Source: an uncultured Candidatus Saccharibacteria bacterium (lineage in GTDB: Bacteria; Patescibacteriota; Saccharimonadia; Saccharimonadales; CAZDQS01). Taken from it: 64,000 bases of DNA. Location of the stretch: contig CAZDQS010000004.1 of assembly GCA_964507855.1 (NCBI GenBank), positions 14,888 to 78,887 on the forward strand. Reading direction: 5' to 3'. How positions within the stretch are numbered: the first letter of the stretch is position 1; every line of letters begins with the position of its first letter. The translations under genes and the position numbers were made by a program. Under the pieces are notes generated by a model. The model saw only the letters and a program-made list of their open reading frames with translations, had not been told where the DNA came from and made no database searches. This document shows positions 44,781 to 54,718 of the stretch, piece after piece.

Positions 44781-46064
44781 CTAGTCTTTATCCTGACGTC
44801 GCGCAGCTATCTCTTTCGCGAACCATTTGGCGCTATCGCGCACCCGCCGCTTCATAGTCTTGCGGTCCACTTCAACTAAGCCAAATTTCGGCCACCAGCC
44901 TTCGGCCCATTCAAAGTTGTCTAGCAAGCTCCAGTAGAGGTAGCCTTTCACATTGGCGCCTTCTTTTATAGCGTCTTCAAGAGAAGCAATTGTTTTTTCG
45001 ATCCACCATTTGCGGTGCTTGTCACGACCGTCAGCGACGCCGTTCTCGGTCACCATAATTGGCACGCCGGGGTATTTCTTGTGAATCATCATAATCACTT
45101 CGCCGACGGCCTCCGGCTCCATGTACCACCCCAGGTCGTTCACTGGTGTCTTCGGATTAGCAAAGTTACTTGTGCCTATTCCCTTCACGTAATTCTTGAA
45201 ATAGTTATTGAAGCCGATGAAATCAACATGCTTGCGTGTGAGCATCAGCCACAGGCCGTTGTTGCCGAAATTGGCCGTCCACGCACCAATACGGTGCAAC
45301 AAATTGCTTTCGTCCCGCGGTACATTAATGACCAGCTGCGGCGCGGACGAAACCTGCAATTCAGGCTTGATACTCTTGATAATCTTATACGCCCGGCGGT
45401 GTGCCAGCAGCAGGTGTGTATATGACCGCACAAACTCAAGCGGTGAGCTATACGGCGCTGGCCACTTGCCCTCAAAGAAGCTGAACCAGGTGTAGATATT
45501 CGGCTCATTGAGAATTATCACGTACTTAACTTCGTCGCCCAGCTCCTCGATGACCTTGGCACAAAAGCGCAAGAAGTAGCCGATATTGCCATAGCGCATA
45601 AAGCCGCCGCGCTCCTCGAACCACACCGGATTCGTCCAGTGCCAGAGGTTGAGCATCGGCTCCAGGCCGCGCTTTTTCATGGCACGGATGTATTCACGAT
45701 AGTGCCGGAATTCACGCGCATCCCACTTACCCTCTTCCGGCTCCAGGCGTGACCACTCAATACTAAAGCGAAACGCGTTGAAATTAAGCGCTTTTGCAAG
45801 GTCAAAATCATGCTCGTAGCGCTCATAGTGCTCCATGCCGGTGCCGGATACGTAATTATTCGGGTCTTCGGCCTCGGCACGAATCTCTTTCCAGCGCGGC
45901 AGCCAACTGTACCGCTGCTCGGCCGTCTTCGCCAGCCGGGCGGCGTTCTCCAGTTCCCATACTGTCCATTGGTTATAATTACCACCCTCTACCTGGTGGC
46001 TGCTCGTACTGGCGCCCCACAGGAAATCTTCGGGAAAAATGCTTCTATCCTTTTTGTCCACCAT
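44781..46064 (-). CDS. glycoside hydrolase family 1 beta-glucosidase
   Basis: FLWGASTSSHQVEGG N-terminal signature, acid/base ILNEPN, nucleophile VTENG. Confidence 0.92.
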   Translation of the reverse strand: MVDKKDRSIFPEDFLWGASTSSHQVEGGNYNQWTVWELENAARLAKTAEQRYSWLPRWKEIRAEAEDPNNYVSGTGMEHYERYEHDFDLAKALNFNAFRFSIEWSRLEPEEGKWDAREFRHYREYIRAMKKRGLEPMLNLWHWTNPVWFEERGGFMRYGNIGYFLRFCAKVIEELGDEVKYVIILNEPNIYTWFSFFEGKWPAPYSSPLEFVRSYTHLLLAHRRAYKIIKSIKPELQVSSAPQLVINVPRDESNLLHRIGAWTANFGNNGLWLMLTRKHVDFIGFNNYFKNYVKGIGTSNFANPKTPVNDLGWYMEPEAVGEVIMMIHKKYPGVPIMVTENGVADGRDKHRKWWIEKTIASLEDAIKEGANVKGYLYWSLLDNFEWAEGWWPKFGLVEVDRKTMKRRVRDSAKWFAKEIAARRQDKD

Positions 46065-46108
46065 CGCTTGTTTATTATACAGGCAATTTCGCGCTTATGG
46101 TCCACAAC

Positions 46109-46909
46109 TTACGGCGCCTGGCTTAAATCATTTATGCCCTGCATTTCTTCTCCGGTCAGCTCAAAGGTGAATATGTCTATGTTCTCCTTCATGCGCTCTG
46201 GATTGGACGACTTCGGGATCGGCACGGTACCGTGCTGGACACACCAGCGCAGCATAACCTGGGCCGGGGTTTTGCCATATGCGGCGGCAATTTCCTGAAT
46301 GGCCGGGTTCTTCATGTCCGTAGCTTGGGCGAGCGGGCTGTATGCCTGCACGACAATGCCCTGCTCATGACAATACGCGAGCACTTCCCGCTGTTCGTGG
46401 TAGTTAAAAGCATGAAGCTCTATCTGGTTGACCGCCGGTACAATATCGGACTGCGCCCGCACTTCCTCGAGGTGACGTATTTCATAATTTGAGACGCCTA
46501 TCGCCTTGGCCCGACCATCCCGGTAGATTTCCTCCAGCGCCCGCCAGGCGTCAGCCCGTGCATCGATACCTGGCCAGTGGATAAGATAGAGATCTACATA
46601 CTCCAGCCCCAGGCGCTCAAGCGACTCCTTGAATGCCCGATGCGCGCTTTCATAACCAAGGTCACCGCTCCACAACTTGGTCGTCACAAATATTTCTTCG
46701 CGCGGGATGTCGCTTGCCCGGATCGCCTCACCCACGCTGCGCTCATTGCCGTATAGCTTCGCCGTGTCAATGAGCCGATACCCTGCTTGCAAAGCTGCAA
46801 CAATAGCCTCTGTGGCCTCTGTTCCGTCGCGCAATTGCCACGTACCGTAACCAATGGCCGGCATGCTCGCGCCAGTGTTTAGTGTTCGTGTTTGCATCTT
46901 CTCCTGCAC
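46109..46909 (-). CDS. aldo/keto reductase (2,5-diketo-D-gluconate reductase-like)
   Basis: GYGTWQL, GYRLIDTAKLYGNE, LIHWP, IPKSSNPERMKEN signatures. Confidence 0.92.
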   Translation of the reverse strand: MQEKMQTRTLNTGASMPAIGYGTWQLRDGTEATEAIVAALQAGYRLIDTAKLYGNERSVGEAIRASDIPREEIFVTTKLWSGDLGYESAHRAFKESLERLGLEYVDLYLIHWPGIDARADAWRALEEIYRDGRAKAIGVSNYEIRHLEEVRAQSDIVPAVNQIELHAFNYHEQREVLAYCHEQGIVVQAYSPLAQATDMKNPAIQEIAAAYGKTPAQVMLRWCVQHGTVPIPKSSNPERMKENIDIFTFELTGEEMQGINDLSQAP

Positions 46910-46995
46910 GGCTTCTATTCTACGGATTTATGGGGAAGATTTTATAGAATATCTAACAGCAGATATAATTTATATGTTGTCAATTTTAGGAGATT

Positions 46996-48237
46996 ATGAG
47001 GCATAGCGAGACGCAAGTTGAATTTGAGCCATACTATTATGATTTGTCTTCCGGCTCATTATTGACCACGGAAAATAATATCCAAAGAATTGAACTCGGA
47101 AACTCTCCCCGTAACCTCGAGCAACTACTATCTCTTGGGCGTATAGCATTGTTGAGCGAAACCTTCTCGCCGTCCATCACTGACGAAGATCCGCAGATAC
47201 ACAAGCTTGCTTCTTTGTTAACTTACCCCTTGCCAGATATCAAAATAGATGCTTACCAACATCTCAACACTCGCCAGTGGTCGGTCGAAGATTTCAAAGA
47301 TTACGGAAGGTGGTTAGCAATGTTGTGTCATCAGAAAGATAAAAAATTAAACAAACAAGTAGTGACTAGAGCCTTTCGACTGGGGATTGGCCCCAGCATA
47401 AGAAGCATCACCTACGGGCGGTTTTCGTCTATGAGTGAGTTTTATAGTGCATCGGGTGCGGAAACAGCACATAGAGTCTATACCATCGCAGATTGGTCAC
47501 TTGAAGATTGTGTCGATTATATCCGAGAAGCTCTAGCACCAATCGAAAAGGTCGGCAAAATATATGCTCAGGATTATTTGAACGAATTCGCTCAAAAGAC
47601 GAAAGGACCTACTGCCACAGTATTGTGTAGGCATACCTCACTTACGGTTAGAGAACTTATGGATCTTGCGGGATACCCTAATGTCAGAAAATGGAAAGAA
47701 GCTGATTTCGTTTCGTGGGGCGTTAAGTTCATGTTTGCAAATAATGGCACTCTACCGACTACCCCGGCTCTAAGAAACCTGGCCCTTCAGGGACGGGGAC
47801 CATCCGTAAAAGCAGTACAAGTTCAATTTTCAACTATTCCCGACTTTCAAAAGAAAACAGCAAGACGGTTTGAAGAAGCGAGCTCTGAATTCACAGAACG
47901 CTTATTACAACTCGGCTCGCATCTGTCATCTCGCTGTGATGCTGAACCGCTACTTCGCACAGCTACCCCCCTACCGGCACGCGTACGCAGACTAGCGCAA
48001 TATTACTTACTGGAAACAACACATGTAAATATGCAGCCCTGGCTGAAAGTAATAGTCGCCAGAATTGATTCCGCGGAAAAGTTTATATCCGCCATCCAAC
48101 AACACTCTCCCTCAACAACCAAGGGACACATGCAAATAGCAGCTCGGCGTATTGGGGTTTTCGGAGATATCTGGGAAACCGATCTGTCTTACCTCGACTA
48201 CCTACGTGTCCTGCCAAAAGATGAAGACGATTACTAA
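46996..48237 (+). CDS. hypothetical protein (413 aa), visibly lower G+C than neighbours
   Basis: Long ORF with AGGAG SD; no recognisable domain. Confidence 0.6.
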   Translation: MRHSETQVEFEPYYYDLSSGSLLTTENNIQRIELGNSPRNLEQLLSLGRIALLSETFSPSITDEDPQIHKLASLLTYPLPDIKIDAYQHLNTRQWSVEDFKDYGRWLAMLCHQKDKKLNKQVVTRAFRLGIGPSIRSITYGRFSSMSEFYSASGAETAHRVYTIADWSLEDCVDYIREALAPIEKVGKIYAQDYLNEFAQKTKGPTATVLCRHTSLTVRELMDLAGYPNVRKWKEADFVSWGVKFMFANNGTLPTTPALRNLALQGRGPSVKAVQVQFSTIPDFQKKTARRFEEASSEFTERLLQLGSHLSSRCDAEPLLRTATPLPARVRRLAQYYLLETTHVNMQPWLKVIVARIDSAEKFISAIQQHSPSTTKGHMQIAARRIGVFGDIWETDLSYLDYLRVLPKDEDDY

Positions 48238-48848
48238 CGCTCTTTCTTAGGCGGCATGTAGGTGCCTTCTTGAAGTTCTTCGAGCATTTTGTCCTTACGT
48301 TTTTGGCGTGTTTCTTCTTGTTTGGCCTGCTCTATCCATTGCACCCAACCTTTCTGCTGGTAGTACGGCCGGGCCTTGTAGGCTTCCAATTGGCCATTTT
48401 CCCTGAGGAATGACTCATATTCGTGCGGGACGTCGAATGTCCGCGAACCGGGCTTTGGCGCCCCAAAGTCCACCTTCTTGCCGGTCTTATTGTTAGCAAC
48501 CGCCTGCTTAACCAGCCTGATAATTAGCTCCTCGGGAATCTCCTGCCCTTCGCGGAACTTCATCGTACGCTTGGCTTTGCTCTCTGTATCTGGCCCCTCC
48601 TCCCACGTCCCCTTTGGGACGTCAAGCAGCACCCCTTGCGGGAAGCTGAAGTGCACCCATTCTGTGGCGCAAAATAACCATGTCACGCCACCGTTGTGTT
48701 CAAAATACGGCGTGCCCCACTTTATTTCCTCGGTGATGTCCGGATCGGCCTTGTGCACAAGCTCGCGCAATTTCCGCACCACGGCCGCCTGCCACGGCTT
48801 ATCCAAACCTTTGATATAATCGTCTACTTTCGGGTTCATGAACCTCAT
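48234..48848 (-). CDS. DUF1801 (YdhG-like) plus YdeI/OmpD-associated domain protein
   Basis: VDDYIKGLDKPWQAAVVRKLRELV...IKWGTPYF (DUF1801). C-terminal FLRENGQLEAYKARPYYQQKGWVQWI (YdeI-like). Start trimmed so it does not run into repeat R1. Confidence 0.75.
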   Translation of the reverse strand: MRFMNPKVDDYIKGLDKPWQAAVVRKLRELVHKADPDITEEIKWGTPYFEHNGGVTWLFCATEWVHFSFPQGVLLDVPKGTWEEGPDTESKAKRTMKFREGQEIPEELIIRLVKQAVANNKTGKKVDFGAPKPGSRTFDVPHEYESFLRENGQLEAYKARPYYQQKGWVQWIEQAKQEETRQKRKDKMLEELQEGTYMPPKKER

Positions 48849-48877
48849 AATACACCGCTTGGCTAGGCGATATCCAT

Positions 48878-49116
48878 CCATGGCTAGCTTGCCCAGGCTC
48901 TGCCGGCTCCTGATACGGCGAGTGTCAAAACCACAATTTCTGCGAAGGACGTGTTTGACGGCTTTTCCTTCCTTGAAGAATTAAGAAAGAAAAGCCGGAG
49001 TTGTCCGAAGCATTGTGGCTTTTGACGACGAGCGTATCAAGAGCTGGTAGCTGCCTGCCATTTCTTTGCCTCCTTTCTTGTTGGCACAAGAAAGGAGGTC
49101 GCTCCAGCCGGAACGG
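48878..49116 (+). repeat. family-2 structured intergenic repeat, copy R1 (239 nt)
   Basis: Aligns end to end with 56129-56367. Nested helices include CTGCCGGCTC/GAGCTGGTAG, GTCAAAACCACAAT/ATTGTGGCTTTTGAC and CCTCCTTTCTTG/CAAGAAAGGAGG. Confidence 0.8.
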
Positions 49117-49136
49117 CTGAGTGAACAGTGACTTCT

Positions 49137-50666
49137 TTATTTTTTTCTCGTAACCAATGCGTCTTCACCGAAATGCTTCTTAATCCGGGCGCGGATCGAG
49201 CCTGGGTGCCGGCCAAACTTTTCGGTGAGCTCCTTAACCGTGACACTCTTACCGTCACTAAATAGCCGCACCAGCCGGGCGTCCTCTTCTTCTTTCCATG
49301 GCCGGTAGGCGTTTGGGTACTTTTCGCGCATCTTTTCCAGTTTTTCGTTCCATGTACCTGCTGACTTCTTGGATGGCTTTTCTTTGGCTCGTTTCTCAGC
49401 AAGCTCACGCAAATGCGCAAATTTCTTGCTGGCTGCTCCTGAACGTGCCCTCAACTGTTCATCAATCAGAAGCGCATCCGGGCTGACGCGCAACGCCATT
49501 TGGTTGATGCCTGCCAAGCTGAGCGTATCAAGGCTACGCACTCGGCTCAGCGCCACGTAGCCCATGCCCTCGACGAACGCCCGGCGCAGGTCTATCCGCG
49601 CAGCATCCAACGTCATTCCCTGGCTTTTGTGCACGGTAATAGCCCATGCCAACCGGAGCGGAATTTGCGTAAGACCTGCGCGCTTTTTGTCACCGTCACG
49701 CAGCTCCCAGGTCTCAGGTGTTATGACAATTTTGCGGCCGTTTTTAAGCTCAACTATCGGATAGTCGGTCGCCTTCTCGAACCCAACCACAACACCCAAA
49801 GAGCCGTTCACATACTTTTTCTCGGGATTATTGCGGATACACATCACCAGTGCGCCTTCTTTCAGCACCAACACATCTTGCGCCAAGCAAGACCGACTCA
49901 AACTCTCGACATAATTCGCCTGGCCGGTGGTTGCCATCTCGTACACGTGCTCTTTGCCTTTCAGTTGCGTCAGGCGCTGATTGTTGATGGCGTCAACATC
50001 CACGTTTGTTGTGTGGAGCTCTGTTACATCCTCGAACGGATCATGCGCCTGCTGGCGCGACAATAGCAACTCGGCATGACGGCGGCGCACATCCCCTGCC
50101 CGCAATGCATTCAAGATATCAAGATACGCATCGTCATTCTGCCGGTGCTGCTCGCTCAAGTAGCACACGACCGGATCCAGCTCCTGCCACACCGATGAGC
50201 CAACCACAAAGCCACCCTGTTTGCCTTCGCTTCTATTAATGGGAGGTAATTGAAAAAAATCGCCGCACAAGATAACTTGCATACCCCCGAATGGCGCGCC
50301 CCCACCACGCACCCTGCGCGCAACTTCGTCCACCATATCCAAGCGGTAATCGTGCAGCATAGAGATCTCATCGATGATAAGTACGTCTGTTTTTTCGATA
50401 GTTTCCCGCCGGCCTTTCTGCATATCATCATGGAAATACTTCGGCAGCGAATCATGGATGCCGATACCGCTCCAGGAATGGATAGTATTGCCGCCCAGGT
50501 GTGTCGCGGCCAGACCGGTCGTGGCCGTCACAGAGACGTGCTTGCCCGACCGCTTGGCGCGGCGGATAAACTCGTTGAGAACGTACGTCTTGCCCGAACC
50601 GGCCGGCCCGGTCAACAGCACGCTTTCCCCTGCCCCCATGATTTCTAACGCCAGCGCTTGGTCCAT
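49137..50666 (-). CDS. PIF1/RecD-like AAA ATPase DNA helicase with C-terminal HTH-like tail
   Basis: LTGPAGSGKTYVL (Walker A), IIDEISML (Walker B), AITVHKSQG helicase motif. Confidence 0.85.
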   Translation of the reverse strand: MDQALALEIMGAGESVLLTGPAGSGKTYVLNEFIRRAKRSGKHVSVTATTGLAATHLGGNTIHSWSGIGIHDSLPKYFHDDMQKGRRETIEKTDVLIIDEISMLHDYRLDMVDEVARRVRGGGAPFGGMQVILCGDFFQLPPINRSEGKQGGFVVGSSVWQELDPVVCYLSEQHRQNDDAYLDILNALRAGDVRRRHAELLLSRQQAHDPFEDVTELHTTNVDVDAINNQRLTQLKGKEHVYEMATTGQANYVESLSRSCLAQDVLVLKEGALVMCIRNNPEKKYVNGSLGVVVGFEKATDYPIVELKNGRKIVITPETWELRDGDKKRAGLTQIPLRLAWAITVHKSQGMTLDAARIDLRRAFVEGMGYVALSRVRSLDTLSLAGINQMALRVSPDALLIDEQLRARSGAASKKFAHLRELAEKRAKEKPSKKSAGTWNEKLEKMREKYPNAYRPWKEEEDARLVRLFSDGKSVTVKELTEKFGRHPGSIRARIKKHFGEDALVTRKK

Positions 50667-50733
50667 AAGTAGTATTAGTATAGCGAATTACGCCTAATAA
50701 TGATTTTTAGAGTTAGCAAAAAATTCAGACTTT

Positions 50734-51315
50734 CTAGCCGGCCTTCGGCCGGACCTGCTTGCCCGTGGCGGGGTTGGTCAGGGCCAGCTCTTTCTTCTTG
50801 AGGTCCAGGCGTACAATGTATTCCTCGAACTGCTTCAATAGGCCAGAATATTGCCAGTTTGGCGTCATGATGTGCAGCAGCTTCCCCTCCTGCTCCAGGT
50901 ATTCGGCCAAGCTGTAAAAGTCCCCGTCACCTGAGATAATAATCGCTTTGTCATAATTTGGCATCTCTTTGACAGCCCAAAGGACCAGTTCAGCGTCCAC
51001 ATTGCCTTTGATCAACTTCTTTTCTTCTGGCTTTTCAGGCTGCTCATCAGCCTCACTCTCTGGTTGCGGCACCTTGACGCTATCTGCCGTCGGCTTGAGC
51101 ACAATCAGATAGCCCGCGTCATGCAGCTTGATATACATGTCCTCGTATTCCGGCACATGGCCGATAAACATATAGGCATGCGTTACGTTGTAGTGGTCTT
51201 TTAAAAATTTGCGAAACTTGCGCCAGTCCATCTTCCAGCCCATCTTTTGGATGCCGAGGTTCAGGTTCTGGTTGTCAATGAAGGCATAGTTGCCCTTCTT
51301 TTTGCGATATCTCAT
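50734..51315 (-). CDS. NYN (LabA-like) domain protein
   Basis: YAFIDNQNLNLG N-terminus and IISGDGDF motif typical of the NYN/LabA fold. Confidence 0.8.
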   Translation of the reverse strand: MRYRKKKGNYAFIDNQNLNLGIQKMGWKMDWRKFRKFLKDHYNVTHAYMFIGHVPEYEDMYIKLHDAGYLIVLKPTADSVKVPQPESEADEQPEKPEEKKLIKGNVDAELVLWAVKEMPNYDKAIIISGDGDFYSLAEYLEQEGKLLHIMTPNWQYSGLLKQFEEYIVRLDLKKKELALTNPATGKQVRPKAG

Positions 51316-51613
51316 TGGTTAATCATATCACCTACGCGCTGCTCCTGAGGATGTAAAAAATTGGGGGCGCTACATGTGGCGGCTACACCGTAGGACTTGA
51401 CACCATTTTACATAAGCGATAAGCTAGTCTTTGTGTGTTTTTTCCGAGGTGGAGAATCCGCACATTTTACCCCTGTAACCAATTAACAGAATTAATCGAG
51501 GGCTTCGCCCGGATCACGAGGCGCATTTCCGAAAAATCGGAAATGCCGGTCATTCGCGAAGCCCTTATATAATTAATTACCCGGCAGGGGGGTATAAGGA
51601 GGTGTAACCCAGT

Positions 51614-52255
51614 ATGCGATTAGTCGCTGCAGTGGCGGCAGTATTTGCTGTTGCCGCAATTTCGGTAGGCGGTACGCAAACCGCTCATGCCGAATCTCAA
51701 CAAACATCAGATAAAGAACCGGTCATGGTCACCGTTGAGCGGGGGGATTCGCTCAGCAAAATTGGCAAGCGATATGACACTACATACCAAAGAATTTTCT
51801 ACGCAAATACCGAGATCGAGAACCCGGACTTGATTTTTCCGGGACAAGAATTACGAATACCTGACGCAGAAGAAGAGCTAGAAGAACGCCCGATACCTTC
51901 AAGCGCTCAAGCTCCAACCCGCGTAACCAAGGCGACCGCGCCACGTCGCGCCACAGCACCAAGAGCTACCACACGAGTACGCACACCAGCTCCCGCCCCG
52001 GCAGCGACCGTGCCGAGCGGTGGTGTCTGGGACAGCCTGGCACAGTGTGAATCTGGCGGAAACTGGTCAATCAGCACCGGCAACGGCTACTACGGCGGCC
52101 TGCAATTCAGCTTGTCTAGCTGGCGTGCCGTTGGCGGCCAAGGCTACCCACACCAGGCAAGCAAGGCCGAGCAGATTGCCCGCGCCCAAGCACTCCAAGC
52201 CATCCAGGGCTGGGGCGCATGGCCTGCCTGTACAGCCAAACTTGGCATTCGGTAA
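51614..52255 (+). CDS. secreted LysM + resuscitation-promoting-factor (Rpf) transglycosylase-like protein
   Basis: Signal peptide; LysM (VTVERGDSLSKIGKRY...FPGQELRIP); Rpf core WDSLAQCESGGNWSISTGNGYYGGLQFSLSSW...GWGAWPAC. Confidence 0.88.
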   Translation: MRLVAAVAAVFAVAAISVGGTQTAHAESQQTSDKEPVMVTVERGDSLSKIGKRYDTTYQRIFYANTEIENPDLIFPGQELRIPDAEEELEERPIPSSAQAPTRVTKATAPRRATAPRATTRVRTPAPAPAATVPSGGVWDSLAQCESGGNWSISTGNGYYGGLQFSLSSWRAVGGQGYPHQASKAEQIARAQALQAIQGWGAWPACTAKLGIR

Positions 52256-52305
52256 GTTTACCGGAGCGTAAAACAAAGACCCCGGAGCGTCCCCCGCCCC
52301 GGGGT

Positions 52306-52917
52306 TTATTTAATGCCCTCGATCCTCCGGAGCAGACGTGCATTTCGTTCTAAGAATGCTTGGATATCTGCTGCCAAGGGCGTGGTATCTCCGTCATGAT
52401 AGGCATCAGCAGCTCGTGAAATATAAATAGTGTCCCTGTGCAGCTCAAAATCATACGCTTGGCAAAAGTCCACAAAATATGCCATGTCCGCCGGGTCAAA
52501 AATCTGCAGCAATTCCTGTTCCTGCTTCGGCCCGCAGTACATCTGGAAGTAATTTGGAAAATCCCCTTCCAGATCAAGCTTTCTCAACCCCTGCATGGAA
52601 ATAAGCGGACCGAGCTTGCTCTTACTGCCGATTGCCACAAGATGCAGCCGCGTGTCATGGTGCAATTGCACGTAAATTATTACCCGCCCGTCACCAGCCG
52701 CAATGAGGTTATACGGGAAGCCAGCGCTCTCACCTTTGTGCAAGCTTGTCAGCTTGCCGGAAGTTAATAACCCCCTAGAAGATATGATGGGCCCGGGCCT
52801 TTCGTGCTTTGCTCCCCTCGGCAAGATGCCTTTGTGCCTCGCCACACCATAAAGCACTGCCCCAATCAGAAAAACAAAATATAACTTGCTAAACATAGGT
52901 AAATCATAACACTGCAT
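52306..52917 (-). CDS. hypothetical membrane-anchored protein (203 aa)
   Basis: ORF; N-terminal hydrophobic helix; abuts the upstream ORF with no gap. Confidence 0.5.
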   Translation of the reverse strand: MQCYDLPMFSKLYFVFLIGAVLYGVARHKGILPRGAKHERPGPIISSRGLLTSGKLTSLHKGESAGFPYNLIAAGDGRVIIYVQLHHDTRLHLVAIGSKSKLGPLISMQGLRKLDLEGDFPNYFQMYCGPKQEQELLQIFDPADMAYFVDFCQAYDFELHRDTIYISRAADAYHDGDTTPLAADIQAFLERNARLLRRIEGIK

Positions 52918-53367
52918 CTACTGGAGAAGAAAAGCCACCCGGTCGAATAGCAAGCCACAGTCGCCGGCACTAGCCTCCAACTGATTGCCTGTCTCGCGCT
53001 TCAAAAGGCGCGTTCCCCGCTCAACCTGATCCATGAACTCATCAGAGACTGCCACCTCTTGTCGTGGCTCTGGAATGGATGGGCATGCTCGTATACTTTG
53101 CCCAAACTCGACCAGCTGCTCGTCACTTGTTCTGAATATGTAATCATGGTTGACTGATGAATTCACCGTCGAATCATTATGCGCAAGCTCACGATACCGA
53201 AGCACCATCTTATTTCCGCCCGGGAAATACCTAAGCATACCCGATAAGCAGATTGTCAGCGGGGGCCATTCCAAGAAATCAAGATCCACGTATATCCGCT
53301 CAATCTTCGCGTATAGACGCGAACCGTTATCCAGCACACGGACACGCGCGTCAGGCTCTTCGGCCAA
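52918..53367 (-). CDS. hypothetical protein (149 aa)
   Basis: ORF contiguous with 52306-52917 (operon-like). Confidence 0.5.
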   Translation of the reverse strand: MAEEPDARVRVLDNGSRLYAKIERIYVDLDFLEWPPLTICLSGMLRYFPGGNKMVLRYRELAHNDSTVNSSVNHDYIFRTSDEQLVEFGQSIRACPSIPEPRQEVAVSDEFMDQVERGTRLLKRETGNQLEASAGDCGLLFDRVAFLLQ

Positions 53368-53473
53368 ACCCAGAAACCCAGAAATGCTTCTTTCAAGACA
53401 TCAAAATCATCATATGTCGGCAGGCCCATGTCAGGACGCTCGATTTGTCTCATATTAATTTCAATAGTAACAG

Positions 53474-53704
53474 TTATTTTACAAACTGAATAACTTTTGT
53501 TCTCGTAGTGTGGCCGCGGATGATTGTTATGCACGATTTTGGCACGTCGAAATACTCTGCCAAAAGCTTAATGACAGCCGCGTTCGCCACACCGTCAATT
53601 GCTCGTTCGCGTACGTAAATAACCACCTCCCCATCCGGCTGCAGCTCAACAAGCGGGCCCTTCTTGCTCCCCGGTTTTACCCGTACCGACACACGCTGTT
53701 TCAT
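53474..53704 (-). CDS. DUF167 (YggU) family protein
   Basis: VRVKPGSKKGPL...YVRERAIDGVANAAVIKLLAEYFDVPKSCITIIRGHTTRTK matches the YggU pattern. Confidence 0.8.
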   Translation of the reverse strand: MKQRVSVRVKPGSKKGPLVELQPDGEVVIYVRERAIDGVANAAVIKLLAEYFDVPKSCITIIRGHTTRTKVIQFVK

Positions 53705-53744
53705 GCCATTATCATAGCAGTCCGATTACGGTAGAATTAAGCAT

Positions 53745-54035
53745 ATGAGTAAGGACAACAAATACTGGTTCAAGCGTCGCCGCTACGGCTGGGGCTACAT
53801 CCCCGTCACCTGGCAAGGCTGGGCGCTCATCATCTTCTTTATCATCTCAACTATCGCGGCCACGCGCCTACTGCCACCGGAATCCGAAGATCCAACAAGG
53901 AGCGAAATCATCCGCTTTAGCCTAGCCATGGCAGGGCTTGCTGTGGTACTGGTATTCGCGAGTATCGCCAAAGGCCCCAAACCCCGCTGGCGCTGGGGCA
54001 AAAAACCAACCGACAACCCAGAAGAAGATTTCTAG
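53745..54035 (+). CDS. small membrane protein (96 aa)
   Basis: Two hydrophobic helices; ORF only. Confidence 0.45.
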   Translation: MSKDNKYWFKRRRYGWGYIPVTWQGWALIIFFIISTIAATRLLPPESEDPTRSEIIRFSLAMAGLAVVLVFASIAKGPKPRWRWGKKPTDNPEEDF

Positions 54036-54081
54036 CCACCCCTATCTCGAGGCTACGAAAGGCCTATGTGTTCTCGGTAAT

Positions 54082-54645
54082 TTAACGCTTGCCGACCAAG
54101 CGGCCCATCAGGCCTTTGACGAGATTTTCACTATCTAATTGCGGGTCGTAAATACTAACCGGTTGCCCTGCAGCTATCAATTTGTCCTGAAAAGGCCGTA
54201 CGAAAGACCAGCCAGGATCGGGATAAACCTCTTCGTCAACCGTCACCACGCCACTTTTTCTGATAGTCTCGAAACTATGCCCTTTACCGTATTCCGCAAA
54301 TATACCATCAATTACCCACCCTTCGGTATGTTTGATGATCTCCAGCGACCTTCTTTTGCTGCGAGCTGCCCTCAGTTCTCCTTGCTGTGTGTAAGTGTAT
54401 TTTGTAGGACGTACCACTGAATCTGGCTCAACGCCACACAGAATGTCTAAACGCCTCATTATACGGACGACATCAACCGCTCTCCTGCCCGTGTGTTCTG
54501 CCTCTGTCAAACGAGGCCACAGTAAAGCCAACAAGTCTCTTGCCTCGCCCTGTCTTAGCGCAGCTTGTTCTTGCAGTAGGGCGGTTCTTTCTTCCTCCTG
54601 TCCACCTGCACCAAGTCGCCTCTCACCGGGTGTCGCGTACATCAT
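54082..54645 (-). CDS. hypothetical protein (187 aa)
   Basis: ORF only. Confidence 0.5.
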   Translation of the reverse strand: MMYATPGERRLGAGGQEEERTALLQEQAALRQGEARDLLALLWPRLTEAEHTGRRAVDVVRIMRRLDILCGVEPDSVVRPTKYTYTQQGELRAARSKRRSLEIIKHTEGWVIDGIFAEYGKGHSFETIRKSGVVTVDEEVYPDPGWSFVRPFQDKLIAAGQPVSIYDPQLDSENLVKGLMGRLVGKR

Positions 54646-54718
54646 AGGAGTCTCCTTCGTTTTATATTGAAGACTATATACCTATTTTGACATAAATACC
54701 AAATCGCCTTATAACAAT

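Noticed and set aside
51432-51613. A c-di-AMP (ydaO) riboswitch upstream of the rpf gene, as in actinobacteria
   Set aside because: Only a weak GGUGGAGAAUCC resemblance is present. The conserved ACGGGGA / CCCGAA / CAGCUAACC elements and pseudo-twofold architecture were not found. The region is kept only as an unexplained structured leader.
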